Below, one piece after another: positions 16,666 to 25,607 of a stretch of 64,000 nt of DNA. Position 1 is the stretch's first letter, and every line of letters begins with the position of its first letter. A program made the translations under genes and the position numbers. Source of the stretch: Bacteriovoracaceae bacterium (GTDB taxonomy: Bacteria > Bdellovibrionota > Bacteriovoracia > Bacteriovoracales > Bacteriovoracaceae). The notes under the pieces are model-generated. The model saw only the letters and a program-made list of their open reading frames with translations. It searched no databases and was not told the DNA's origin. The stretch covers positions 1,253,260 to 1,317,259 of the forward strand of contig CBDCDT010000002.1 in the NCBI GenBank assembly GCA_965215445.1, written 5' to 3'.

Positions 16666-19600
16666 GTGATGCCAAAAGAATCAGCACCACCTTCAGACTC
16701 ATTTGACTTCGTCAAAGCGGAACACCAGATTTTACAATTCTGGAGAAAAGAGCGGATTTTTGAGCGTTCGCTGGAACAAACCCGGGATAAACCACCCTAT
16801 GTTTTCTACGACGGCCCTCCCTTTGCCACGGGACTGCCCCACCACGGCCATTTGGTGGCGGGTACTCTCAAGGACATCATTCCCCGCTATTGGACGATGA
16901 AAGGCCGCTACGTCAAAAGGCGTTTTGGCTGGGACTGCCATGGCCTTCCCATCGAGCACGAAATCGACAAAAAATTGTGCCTTTCGGCCCAGGAGGCGGT
17001 CAAAAAACTGGGCGTGGCCACTTATAATGCAGAGTGTCGTTCAATTGTCCACCGCTACGTCGCCGAGTGGAGAAAGACCACCGAGCGCCTCGGCCGCTGG
17101 GTGGATTTCGACAACGATTACAAGACCATGGACACCTCCTTTATGGAGTCGGTGTGGTGGGTGTTCAAGCAACTGTGGGATAAAAAACTCATCTATCGCG
17201 GCACCCGCGTTTTGCCCTTTTCCACCGCTTTGGGCACGGTGCTTTCCAACTTTGAGGCGGGACTCAATTACCGAGAGGTTCAAGACCCGGCGGTGACCGT
17301 TTTGTTTCAACTCGAAGACGAAGATGCTTTTTTGGCCGCCTGGACGACCACGCCCTGGACGCTTCCCTCCAACCTGGGATTGTGTGTGGGTGGCGATATA
17401 GACTACGTTTTGGTGGAAGATGGAGAGCAAAAGATTTACCTCGCAGAGGCGGCCCTTGAGCGCTATGCCGGCAAATCAAAGCAAGCGCTTCCCGTTTTAA
17501 AGCGTCTGCGAGGCAGTGACCTGACCGGCAGGCACTACCGGCCGTTGTTTGCCGACTTCGTCGAATATGAAAAAGACGGGGCCTTTTGTGTTTTTCAAGA
17601 CGATTATGTAAGCACTGACACCGGAACCGGCATTGTGCATCTAGCGCCTGCTTTTGGGGAAGACGACCATCGCATTTTTGAGTGCGCCAAACTGGGTATC
17701 GACTACCCCTGCCCCATCGACACTGCCGGAAAATTCACAGTGGAAGTGGCCGAGTTTGCAGGCCTGTACGTCAAAGATGCCGACAAAGAAATTATCGAAA
17801 ACCTTAAAACGCGCGGATTGCTTTACCGTCGGGACAGTATTCTTCACAACTACCCCTACTGTTACCGTTCGGATACTCCTTTGATTTATAGAATGATTCC
17901 CTCTTGGTACGTCAGCGTGGAGTCGATCAAAGACAAACTCTTGAAGAATAATTCCCAAATCCACTGGGTGCCCGGACACATCCGCGACGGGCGCTTTGGC
18001 AATTGGCTTGCGGAGGCCAAAGATTGGTCGATTTCGCGCAACCGCGTGTGGGGTACGCCCTTGCCCATTTGGCACAACGAGACTACCGACGAATATATGT
18101 GCATAGGCTCGACCTCCGAACTCAAAGAATATACCGGTGTCAGCGTTTCCGACCTCCACCGAGAAACGGTGGACGATCTCGATTTTCAAATTGAGGGAAA
18201 GGAGGGCACGTTTAAGCGTATCAGTGAAGTTCTCGACTGCTGGTTTGAATCCGGTTCCATGCCCTACGCTCAATTGCACTATCCCTTTGAAAATCGAGAA
18301 GTCTTTGAACGGGGCTTTCCCGCCGAGTTTATCGCCGAGGGGTTGGATCAAACCCGCGGCTGGTTTTATACCTTGACGGTTTTGGCCAGCGCTTTGTTTG
18401 ACAAACCGGCCTTCAAAAATGTCATCGTCAATGGCATTGTGATGGCCAAAGATGGCAAGAAAATGTCCAAACGTCTGCAAAACTACACTCCACCCATGGA
18501 CTTGATGGAGGCCCACGGTGCCGACGCAGTCCGTCTCTATCTTATCAATTCGGGTCTGGTGCGCGCTGAAGAAATGCACTTTTCTGACGATGGGGTCAAA
18601 GACATGGTTCGCAGGGCCTTGCTTCCGTGGTACAACTCTTTCAAATTTTTCTCTACCTATGCCGAACTGGACGATTGGAATTGCCGCGATCACTGGCAGA
18701 CTTCTGAAAATATCACTGACAATTGGATTGTCTCGCGTTTGCAAACCCTCAAACAAAAAATATCCCGCGAGATGGAAGTCTATCAGCTATACAATGTGGT
18801 TCCGGCACTGTTCGATTTTATCGAAGAGTTGACCAACTGGTACATCCGTCTCAACCGCACGCGGTTTTGGGCCAAGGGACTGGAGAGCGACAAAAAGGCC
18901 GCCTATAGCACACTCTATACCTGCCTTAGAGAAGTCAGTGTGATTATGGCCCCCTTTGCTCCCTTTTTGAGTGAATACCTCTACCGTCGCTTGAGAGATT
19001 TTGCTCCCGGAACAAAGGCCCCGGCCTCGGTGCATTTATGTGACTATCCCCAGGCCGATTCCTCGCAAATCAACCCGTTGTTGGAACGGGCGATGGATCG
19101 CATGGAACAGGTGATTTTACTGGGCAGGCAAAAGCGCGCACAAAGAAAGATCAAAGTTAAAACACCTCTCTCGCATTTGGTTTGCATCCACCGCGACTCG
19201 GAGTTATTAAAAGAAATTGAGAAATTGGAAATCTATTTGAAATCCGAACTCAACATTAAAAATATTGAATACAGCACTTGCGAAGAAGATTATATTAAAT
19301 TGTATGCCAAACCCAATCTTCCCGTACTGGGCAAGCGCCTGGGCAAGCGCTTGGGCAAGTACACCTCCTTGATTAAAAATTTAAGCAGTGAGGAGTTGCA
19401 AGCGTTCGAGCAAAGTGGAGAAATGGAGTTGGACGGCGAATCTTTTGCGGAGGGTGACCTGCTGGTTTACAGGGAGGCCAAAATCAACGAGAACTCTCAA
19501 ACGGAAGTGCTCTCCAATCGCTTTATTTCCGTTGCTCTGGATTGCTTTTTGACTCCCGAGCTTACACGCGAAGGCATGGCGCGCGAAGTGATCTCTCGCA

Positions 19601-19818
19601 TACAGCGTGCGCGCAAAGAGGAAAATTTGCGGGTTGAAAACCATATCCGCGTCTCTTATGCCTGTTCTGAAGGATTACAGACCGTCATTGAGGCCCATCG
19701 GGATACTATCGCCAGTGAAACCTTGAGTGTCGAATTGACTATCGTTTCGGGAGATCATCCCCACCAATGCCAAATAGACGGCGAAACTTTGAGTTTCGCT
19801 ATTGCAAAGGTTTCGTAA
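16666..19818 (+). CDS. ileS: Isoleucine--tRNA ligase, long eukaryote-like (type 2) form
   Basis: HIGH-type motif PPFATGLPHHGHL, KMSKR motif (KKMSKRLQNY), WTTTPWTLPSN editing-domain motif, ~1050 aa. Confidence 0.95.
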   Translation: MMPKESAPPSDSFDFVKAEHQILQFWRKERIFERSLEQTRDKPPYVFYDGPPFATGLPHHGHLVAGTLKDIIPRYWTMKGRYVKRRFGWDCHGLPIEHEIDKKLCLSAQEAVKKLGVATYNAECRSIVHRYVAEWRKTTERLGRWVDFDNDYKTMDTSFMESVWWVFKQLWDKKLIYRGTRVLPFSTALGTVLSNFEAGLNYREVQDPAVTVLFQLEDEDAFLAAWTTTPWTLPSNLGLCVGGDIDYVLVEDGEQKIYLAEAALERYAGKSKQALPVLKRLRGSDLTGRHYRPLFADFVEYEKDGAFCVFQDDYVSTDTGTGIVHLAPAFGEDDHRIFECAKLGIDYPCPIDTAGKFTVEVAEFAGLYVKDADKEIIENLKTRGLLYRRDSILHNYPYCYRSDTPLIYRMIPSWYVSVESIKDKLLKNNSQIHWVPGHIRDGRFGNWLAEAKDWSISRNRVWGTPLPIWHNETTDEYMCIGSTSELKEYTGVSVSDLHRETVDDLDFQIEGKEGTFKRISEVLDCWFESGSMPYAQLHYPFENREVFERGFPAEFIAEGLDQTRGWFYTLTVLASALFDKPAFKNVIVNGIVMAKDGKKMSKRLQNYTPPMDLMEAHGADAVRLYLINSGLVRAEEMHFSDDGVKDMVRRALLPWYNSFKFFSTYAELDDWNCRDHWQTSENITDNWIVSRLQTLKQKISREMEVYQLYNVVPALFDFIEELTNWYIRLNRTRFWAKGLESDKKAAYSTLYTCLREVSVIMAPFAPFLSEYLYRRLRDFAPGTKAPASVHLCDYPQADSSQINPLLERAMDRMEQVILLGRQKRAQRKIKVKTPLSHLVCIHRDSELLKEIEKLEIYLKSELNIKNIEYSTCEEDYIKLYAKPNLPVLGKRLGKRLGKYTSLIKNLSSEELQAFEQSGEMELDGESFAEGDLLVYREAKINENSQTEVLSNRFISVALDCFLTPELTREGMAREVISRIQRARKEENLRVENHIRVSYACSEGLQTVIEAHRDTIASETLSVELTIVSGDHPHQCQIDGETLSFAIAKVS

Positions 19819-19820
19819 AG

Positions 19821-19916
19821 AAACCCACTTCTCTTTACCCAACCAAGGAGGAGTTTATGAACTTTGAAAAAAGCTGGCCCTAAAGGCCGACAAAAAAGCA
19901 AAGAGAAAGTGGGTTT
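19821..19916 (+). repeat. Long-range inverted repeat just downstream of ileS, enclosing an SD-preceded 8-codon mini-ORF
   Basis: AAACCCACTTCTCTTT (19821-19836) pairs with AAAGAGAAAGTGGGTTT (19900-19916), with one bulge. The loop holds AAGGAGG followed by ATGAACTTTGAAAAAAGCTGGCCCTAA (19857-19883). Confidence 0.5.
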
Positions 19917-20217
19917 GGGAGATTTAGCATATTGGCACTCATTTGCAAGGCATTTTTCCTTTTTTATTTTTTATTTTTGAAAATTTGGTTAAATATAGGG
20001 TTAAGAAACTCTAAACTTGCTCATGGTGCGATTAGTTATCTTAAAAACATGGCCCATTGCATCAATAGCGCCAAAGAGGCCTTTAACCGGCAGTGGCAAA
20101 ATTTTTTGGAAAAAAAGTGTACCTGACTGAATTTCTATAATTAAATCCCTTTTTCTCATGGATTGACCTTTTTTGCCGATATAGAGAAATGTAACCATTT
20201 TTTGCGAAGGGGGGGCC

Positions 20218-20838
20218 ATGGGCCAAAAAATTTACCTCAAGGGAAAGGTATTTTTTTGCAAAGGCAATACCGTTCAAAAAAATAAAACTCAAAGATTTGA
20301 TTTTCAAATCAGCGTGCCCTTGCATGGCATGGCCGAAACATTAATGGGCAATTTTGCGGGCCTTAAGTTTGGCCGCGAGGAAAAACGCTTATTAACTCAG
20401 GAAGCGCGCCGAAAAATTCAACAGTTTCAAGATTTAAACTCGCGCCCCATCCCCGTCCAAAAGGCCGTCGCCAAACTGGTCAAAAGGTTATCGGCCCACA
20501 AGGAAAGGCCCTTGCTTATTTGGGCCGATGGCATAGGGGCCTATTTATGCCTGGTGGCCATCGTCTCGGGAGAACTGCCCCAGACAAAGCATTGGCAGTT
20601 TAAACTCGATTCCGTTCCTTTGGCACTTTTTCCCGCATCTTTGATTAAAGACCGCAAGGCCATCATCAAACAAAAAATTCAATTTACTTTTGAGCAAAAT
20701 TGTTGGCCACATCCTTTCAAAAAACTCTACCGTATTCCCCGGCATTTGCGTTTGGCAGGCCTTTCCAAGGTTCACGTTTCAGGCCAGGAAACCAAAAGGC
20801 CCGTGCCTGCAAAACGACGCTTGCGCAAAGCCGCCTGA
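20218..20838 (+). CDS. Hypothetical protein with a basic C-terminus
   Basis: 206-aa ORF. The ATG is preceded by AAGGGGGGG (a G7 run at 20209-20215). No motif recognised. Confidence 0.45.
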   Translation: MGQKIYLKGKVFFCKGNTVQKNKTQRFDFQISVPLHGMAETLMGNFAGLKFGREEKRLLTQEARRKIQQFQDLNSRPIPVQKAVAKLVKRLSAHKERPLLIWADGIGAYLCLVAIVSGELPQTKHWQFKLDSVPLALFPASLIKDRKAIIKQKIQFTFEQNCWPHPFKKLYRIPRHLRLAGLSKVHVSGQETKRPVPAKRRLRKAA

Positions 20839-20954
20839 AATTGTTTGCTAAGATAATTTCTTCGGAAAAGCTTACCCCGATACCGGAAAAGGGGGGGCAA
20901 TTGATAGCATGAGAGAATAGCGGCCTTTTGATTTGAATACTCAAGGAAAAAATA

Positions 20955-21257
20955 TTGGAATTTTACCACCGAAGCGATCAATCCATTAAATCTCTCATCG
21001 AAATGGGTGTGCGGGGATTTTTTCCTCTCTTTGAAAAGGAATGGATTGCAGAGCTTTCAGAAAATTCCAAAAAATTAAGCGGCAACGAAAAACTCAAGGC
21101 CAAACAGTTGTTCAAAAGAATTTGTCAGTATCCTACCCTGCAACGGAAAAAAATTGTACTGATGGCCTTTAATCAGAGCGAACGCGACCTTTTTATCTGC
21201 GCTTTTATGAAAATGGTGGAGAATAAGGCCCTCGACCTCAATCCAGAACTCCAGTAA
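20955..21257 (+). CDS. Hypothetical protein (first gene of a 3-gene overlapping operon)
   Basis: TTG start (an alternative ATG is at 21003). Its stop overlaps the next start (TAATG at 21254-21259). Confidence 0.45.
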   Translation: MEFYHRSDQSIKSLIEMGVRGFFPLFEKEWIAELSENSKKLSGNEKLKAKQLFKRICQYPTLQRKKIVLMAFNQSERDLFICAFMKMVENKALDLNPELQ

Positions 21258-21598
21258 TGAAAGAGGGAAAGCGAACCGCCATTTTTTTTCTCGGTTTTTT
21301 AAGTGTGACTTCAAGTTTGGCAGAGTATCGGGTCTATCAATATTATGTGAGAAGTGCCGTGCCTTCACCGAGAGATGCAAATTCCTACATGGTGACCAGC
21401 ACCCTTCATCCGGTTGCCTATCAGGCCTATCACGGGGGTGCTCAAAGTCTTCGCGTGGATTTATTGCATTCCTGGATGTGTTTTGGATCGACTTCGCGGC
21501 GCCCCGTTTGTCCTTCTCCTTTGGAAGAATTGCAGAAAAAATTGAACTCAGAAAATCAAGACCGGGGTAGGGATTTGGCGGGAGAGGAGACACCTTGA
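21257..21598 (+). CDS. Hypothetical secreted protein
   Basis: Signal peptide MKEGKRTAIFFLGFLSVTSSLA. It overlaps both neighbouring genes. Confidence 0.5.
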   Translation: MKEGKRTAIFFLGFLSVTSSLAEYRVYQYYVRSAVPSPRDANSYMVTSTLHPVAYQAYHGGAQSLRVDLLHSWMCFGSTSRRPVCPSPLEELQKKLNSENQDRGRDLAGEETP

Positions 21599-22773
21599 AA
21601 ACAGACTCTGCAAGTATGCGCCCTTCGGAAAGTGCTGTTGCCAAGTGGACTCGCAAAAAAGCAGAGCTGCGCAAGAGTCAAGAAAGGGAAATAGAAAAGC
21701 TCAAAAGTGCCCACAAGAAGCGCGTTGAAAATTTGCGGTCAGAGGAGCGGGCGCAAATTTTTCAAATCAAGAGTCAGAACAGTCAAAAATTGGCACAGGA
21801 ATGGGATAACAAACAAAAAAAACTGGATTCTTTCAAACAAGATTTTCAAAGATTTGAGGAATACCTCGACCGGCAAAAAGAAATTCTCAAACAAGGTCAT
21901 GGTCAGCAAATTGATAACTCCAAAAGAGAGCACGCTGAACACCTGCGCGACATAAGTTATAAAGGCGAAGAGCAGGCGTTGGATTTACGCCACCAAATTG
22001 ATCAAAAAGTTGAGCAATTAGAATCAAAATCCGAAGTGGAGCTTGATTCTCTGAGGCGTGATACCGCATCTCAATTGGGGCGGATGACACAAAAGAGTCA
22101 AATCAAATTGGATACCACGCGCTCCCAAAACAAGGAGGAAGTCGGTCATCTCAAATTTAAACAGGACGCTCAAAAAAAACAAATGGAACTCGAACACAAG
22201 AAATTTCTGGAGAGACAGGTCGAGCGCCACAACCGGCAATACGACCTCCATCGCAAAACCTATCAAGATGCGCTGGAAAATCAGCAAAAATTACAGCAAA
22301 ATTCTCTGGACGGGCGCAAACAGGATTTTTCCAAAAGCTACGCTCAACTTACGCAAAAACACAAAGAAACGCTGGACAATCTGGACGTTCATTTTAATAA
22401 AAAATGGCGTGACATCAACCTTTCCATCGCCAAAAAATTGCAATTAAAAGAGCAGCAAATAAATGACCAATTTTATCATATCAACCGATTGGAGCCTCGC
22501 ATAGAAGACAAGGGCGATCACTACCTGGTTTCTTTGCCTGTTCCTCAACACGAAAAAGGAAATTTTGTGTTGAGTGGAGACAAGCGCACTTTGAGACTCT
22601 CTATGGCCCGTCGTTTTCAAGATCAGGTGAGAGATAAGCAAGGAGGGTTACACCGCACAGGCCGCTCCGAGAGCTTTACCAAAGAGTTTCAGGTTCCCGA
22701 CTTAATCAATTCTCATGGTATCTCCCATAAATGGGATAGAGGGGAGCTTTTTTACAAGGTTCCCAAGGCCTAA
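21595..22773 (+). CDS. Coiled-coil protein with a C-terminal alpha-crystallin (Hsp20) domain
   Basis: About 290 aa are K/E/Q-rich coiled coil. Then comes LEPRIEDKGDHYLVSLPVPQHEKGNFVLSGDKRTLRLSMARR...RSESFTKEFQVPDLINSHGISHKWDRGELFYKVPKA, the classic ACD pattern. The start is TTG 21595 or ATG 21616. Confidence 0.75.
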   Translation: MKTDSASMRPSESAVAKWTRKKAELRKSQEREIEKLKSAHKKRVENLRSEERAQIFQIKSQNSQKLAQEWDNKQKKLDSFKQDFQRFEEYLDRQKEILKQGHGQQIDNSKREHAEHLRDISYKGEEQALDLRHQIDQKVEQLESKSEVELDSLRRDTASQLGRMTQKSQIKLDTTRSQNKEEVGHLKFKQDAQKKQMELEHKKFLERQVERHNRQYDLHRKTYQDALENQQKLQQNSLDGRKQDFSKSYAQLTQKHKETLDNLDVHFNKKWRDINLSIAKKLQLKEQQINDQFYHINRLEPRIEDKGDHYLVSLPVPQHEKGNFVLSGDKRTLRLSMARRFQDQVRDKQGGLHRTGRSESFTKEFQVPDLINSHGISHKWDRGELFYKVPKA

Positions 22774-22797
22774 ATTTTCAGCGAATATGGTTTAGAG

Positions 22798-23925
22798 ATG
22801 AAAAGGCCTGTCTTGGTTCACTTTCTGCCGATTATGACGGAAGAATTTTTGAGTATTCGGGCCTCGATTACTTTGCAAAAATACCGCATAGATAAGAATT
22901 TTTCCTGGCAGCAGGAACACGAAAAAAACTGGGAATTGGGTTTGGAAATGCCTTCGCTGGGCCTTCCCATTGAGGCGCATCGCCTGCTTCGCCGTAATAC
23001 CTTTAAAATGTTACTTCTGGGAATCAATCAAAAACAACGTCAAGTTTACGAAAAAATTTTTGAATCGGATGCTTTTGGAAATCTGAATTTCAAGATTTCT
23101 CTGGATTCGCAGCTCAAAGACATCACTCTTCTCAAGTCTTATGAAGTGAGTGACGACAGTGGCCTTGAGATCAATCTGGGTAGTTTTGTTCCTACAAAAA
23201 TTAAAAACCCAAAAAAAATTTTGATCTGTGATTTTGATAAAACTTTAGTCGATACCAAATACTCCACTACGCGGGAAATGTATCATTCGCTGACCAGGCC
23301 TTTGGATGCTTTTCCCACTGTTCCCCACTCCGTCGAGATTATTAAAAACCACACCGAACTTGGATACCATCCCTTTATTTTGTCCTCCTCTCCACATTTT
23401 TATGAAAACGCCATCCGCGATTGGTTGTCCAAAAATGAAATTGCCACAGTGGGCATTTTTCTCAAAGATTACCGCAAAGTGTTTAGCTTGTTTGAAAACC
23501 ACCTCACTCCCAAAGACCTCAAATTGCAAGGGCCTTACAAACTGGGCCATCTGCTCGACATCTTGCTGATGACCGGCCCTCCCGAGGAATTAATTCTGAT
23601 GGGGGACAATTACGAGGCCGACCCCGTCATTTACCTGGGACTGGCCAAACTGCTGTTGGAACAATTGCCGCCCTGGGAAACCTGGAATTTGCTCAAAAAA
23701 CAAAAGGTTTTTCAGGCCAACCGCAAACAACATTCCCAAATATTGAGCAAAATTTACCAACTCGCAGGCCAGATCAAGGCCTGGAGAAAAGAACGGGCGC
23801 AGGGCATTCAGTTAAAAATTTATATCCGCAAGAAAAAACGTGAAAATCAATGGCAAATTCCCCCCGAACTGGAGTCAAATTTAGATTTGGTCAAACTTTT
23901 TGATGAACCTTCACAAGACGGGTAA
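22798..23925 (+). CDS. App1-like (DUF2183) HAD-type phosphatase
   Basis: DxDxT motif ILICDFDKTLVD, FILSSSPHFY, and the distal LMGDNYEADPVIY motif match the APP1 catalytic-domain pattern. Confidence 0.7.
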   Translation: MKRPVLVHFLPIMTEEFLSIRASITLQKYRIDKNFSWQQEHEKNWELGLEMPSLGLPIEAHRLLRRNTFKMLLLGINQKQRQVYEKIFESDAFGNLNFKISLDSQLKDITLLKSYEVSDDSGLEINLGSFVPTKIKNPKKILICDFDKTLVDTKYSTTREMYHSLTRPLDAFPTVPHSVEIIKNHTELGYHPFILSSSPHFYENAIRDWLSKNEIATVGIFLKDYRKVFSLFENHLTPKDLKLQGPYKLGHLLDILLMTGPPEELILMGDNYEADPVIYLGLAKLLLEQLPPWETWNLLKKQKVFQANRKQHSQILSKIYQLAGQIKAWRKERAQGIQLKIYIRKKKRENQWQIPPELESNLDLVKLFDEPSQDG

Positions 23926-23945
23926 AAGTTGCTAGAAGTGAGATC

Positions 23946-25601
23946 GTGAAAAAACTTCCCATGTACGCCTTATCCGGGGATTCTCTCGATTGCTTCCATG
24001 AACTGGGAGTTTGCGATCGGGCATTGGCCAGGCCTTTGATCGACCACAACCGCAGTTTGCTTGCGACCTCTTTAAAAAAATTAAACCGCTTTGCCGACAA
24101 GATTTCAAGGCCCTTTCTCCGAAAATTGATGGCGGCCAACCCTTCTTTTGCCAAGCATACCGAGGCCTACGCGGAAGGGCTGCATCTCGGCCACGACCCC
24201 TACTTGCTGGTTCAGGCCGCATTGATACCCGAATTGGCCAGTGCTGTGAATGTCTGGGCACCTCGCTTTTTTTCAGGCCTTTTGGGTTGTTCCAGTTTTT
24301 TTATGTGGGATGACAAGCGCGATGCTCTAGTGCATGGCCGCATCCTCGATTTCCCCTTGATGGGAAGTTTTGACAACGCCGAACGGGCATTGCTCACCCA
24401 GTTTAATGGTGGCCCCAAAATCCTCTCTTTTGGCAGTGCCGGTTTTCCCTATCCTTCCCTGACTTGCCAAACTTCGGAGGGAATGACTTTTGCTCTCCAC
24501 CAGAAGTTCACCCAAGTCTTCGACCCCAAGGGAACTCCCATTTTTGAACTGGTTTTGCAAATGCTCCAGTCCTGCGGTGACCTTGAAAGCGTGCTCCAAT
24601 TTTTGAAAAAGAGTCGCACCCTCACTTGCTGGGGATTTTATATGGGATTTCAAAACGGAGAGGTTTTGGCCGCTGAAATGGCCGGTTCGCAAGTCCACAC
24701 CCGGCGCTATCAATTGGGGCCGAAAGAAAAAATGCTCTATTTTTCCAATCAAGTGGACAATCCCGAGTGGAGTTGCCCCAGTTTCCTCTATCCACTGGGG
24801 TCAAACCACCACAATCAAATGCGCTGTTCGGTGGCCAGCAAAAAAATCGCTCAGCATTTTAACACTTCTGGAAAACGCCAAACACATACTATGGAGAAAT
24901 TGGCGCGCTTGATGAGTTCGCCGTGGACTTCCGAAAGTATTTCCCCGAGTGATTGGGAGAGTGATAACCTGACTCCCAGTTCCCTGCAAATCGTCGCCCT
25001 CTGCCCCGCCAAGCAAAGTGCCCTGTTTGTTCCCGGGCCTGCGCCTAAACATTTTCAGGGCAAGCTGATTGAAATCACCAACGCTTTCGGGCGTATTGAA
25101 CAAAAAACCCGCTCCCTCGCCGGAAAACGCGAACCTCGGGAAATCTGGCAGGGATGGCAAAGTTTAATGGCCGCCCAAATGGCGCTGCAAACAGAAAGCG
25201 GGCTAGATCGCCACCACATGGCCTGCCACCATTTGCAAATGGCCGAGGTTTATTTCAAGGGCCACGTCGAGGAAAGTATCGCTCGCTTTTTTGTGTTGGC
25301 GATTCACTATCTGGACAAAGTGGGCCGCAGGGAATTAGAGCAACTCTTAAGCGAGTTTGAGCAACTTGAATCCAAACTTCCGGCCCACTTGGAAGACCAT
25401 CGCTTACTGTTTATCGCGCGTTTGGAGAGAAGACTTCAAGGCGGCACTTTCGTGCGAGTCGAACAAATTCAAAACCAGAATTTACAAAAACTCTATCATT
25501 TGGAAAAGAAAATTCCCCATCGGCTTTTGTACCTTTCGGGAAAATATTTGATTATTCCGCGCCTTGATTTGCTCGATATTGTCGTTCCTCTGCGTCTTTA
25601 G
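23946..25601 (+). CDS. Peptidase C45 / acyl-CoA:6-APA acyltransferase-like Ntn hydrolase with a helical C-terminal extension (tentative)
   Basis: 'LLGCSSFFMWDDKRDALVHGRILDFPL' resembles the Gly-Cys nucleophile region of C45-family proteins. The rest is unverified. Confidence 0.5.
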   Translation: MKKLPMYALSGDSLDCFHELGVCDRALARPLIDHNRSLLATSLKKLNRFADKISRPFLRKLMAANPSFAKHTEAYAEGLHLGHDPYLLVQAALIPELASAVNVWAPRFFSGLLGCSSFFMWDDKRDALVHGRILDFPLMGSFDNAERALLTQFNGGPKILSFGSAGFPYPSLTCQTSEGMTFALHQKFTQVFDPKGTPIFELVLQMLQSCGDLESVLQFLKKSRTLTCWGFYMGFQNGEVLAAEMAGSQVHTRRYQLGPKEKMLYFSNQVDNPEWSCPSFLYPLGSNHHNQMRCSVASKKIAQHFNTSGKRQTHTMEKLARLMSSPWTSESISPSDWESDNLTPSSLQIVALCPAKQSALFVPGPAPKHFQGKLIEITNAFGRIEQKTRSLAGKREPREIWQGWQSLMAAQMALQTESGLDRHHMACHHLQMAEVYFKGHVEESIARFFVLAIHYLDKVGRRELEQLLSEFEQLESKLPAHLEDHRLLFIARLERRLQGGTFVRVEQIQNQNLQKLYHLEKKIPHRLLYLSGKYLIIPRLDLLDIVVPLRL

Positions 25602-25607
25602 CAGAGT

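Noticed and set aside
17641-18756. 371-aa ORF on the minus strand inside ileS, with other long antisense or out-of-frame ORFs at 17041-17430, 4769-5329, 29282-29983, 30197-30961, 37259-37885, 35565-35987, 44164-44667 and 50051-50542
   Set aside because: All lie entirely within genes that have strong family signatures on the other strand or frame. Their products are low-complexity (R/G/P-rich) and have no motifs. They are typical shadow ORFs of moderately G+C-rich coding DNA.
19327-19360. Tandem 12-nt duplication in ileS (GGCAAGCGCCTG GGCAAGCGCTTG GGCAAG, giving LGKRLGKRLGK)
   Set aside because: It is an in-frame 4-aa duplication of a normal IleS LGKRLGK segment. It is probably a neutral slippage event and not a distinct feature.
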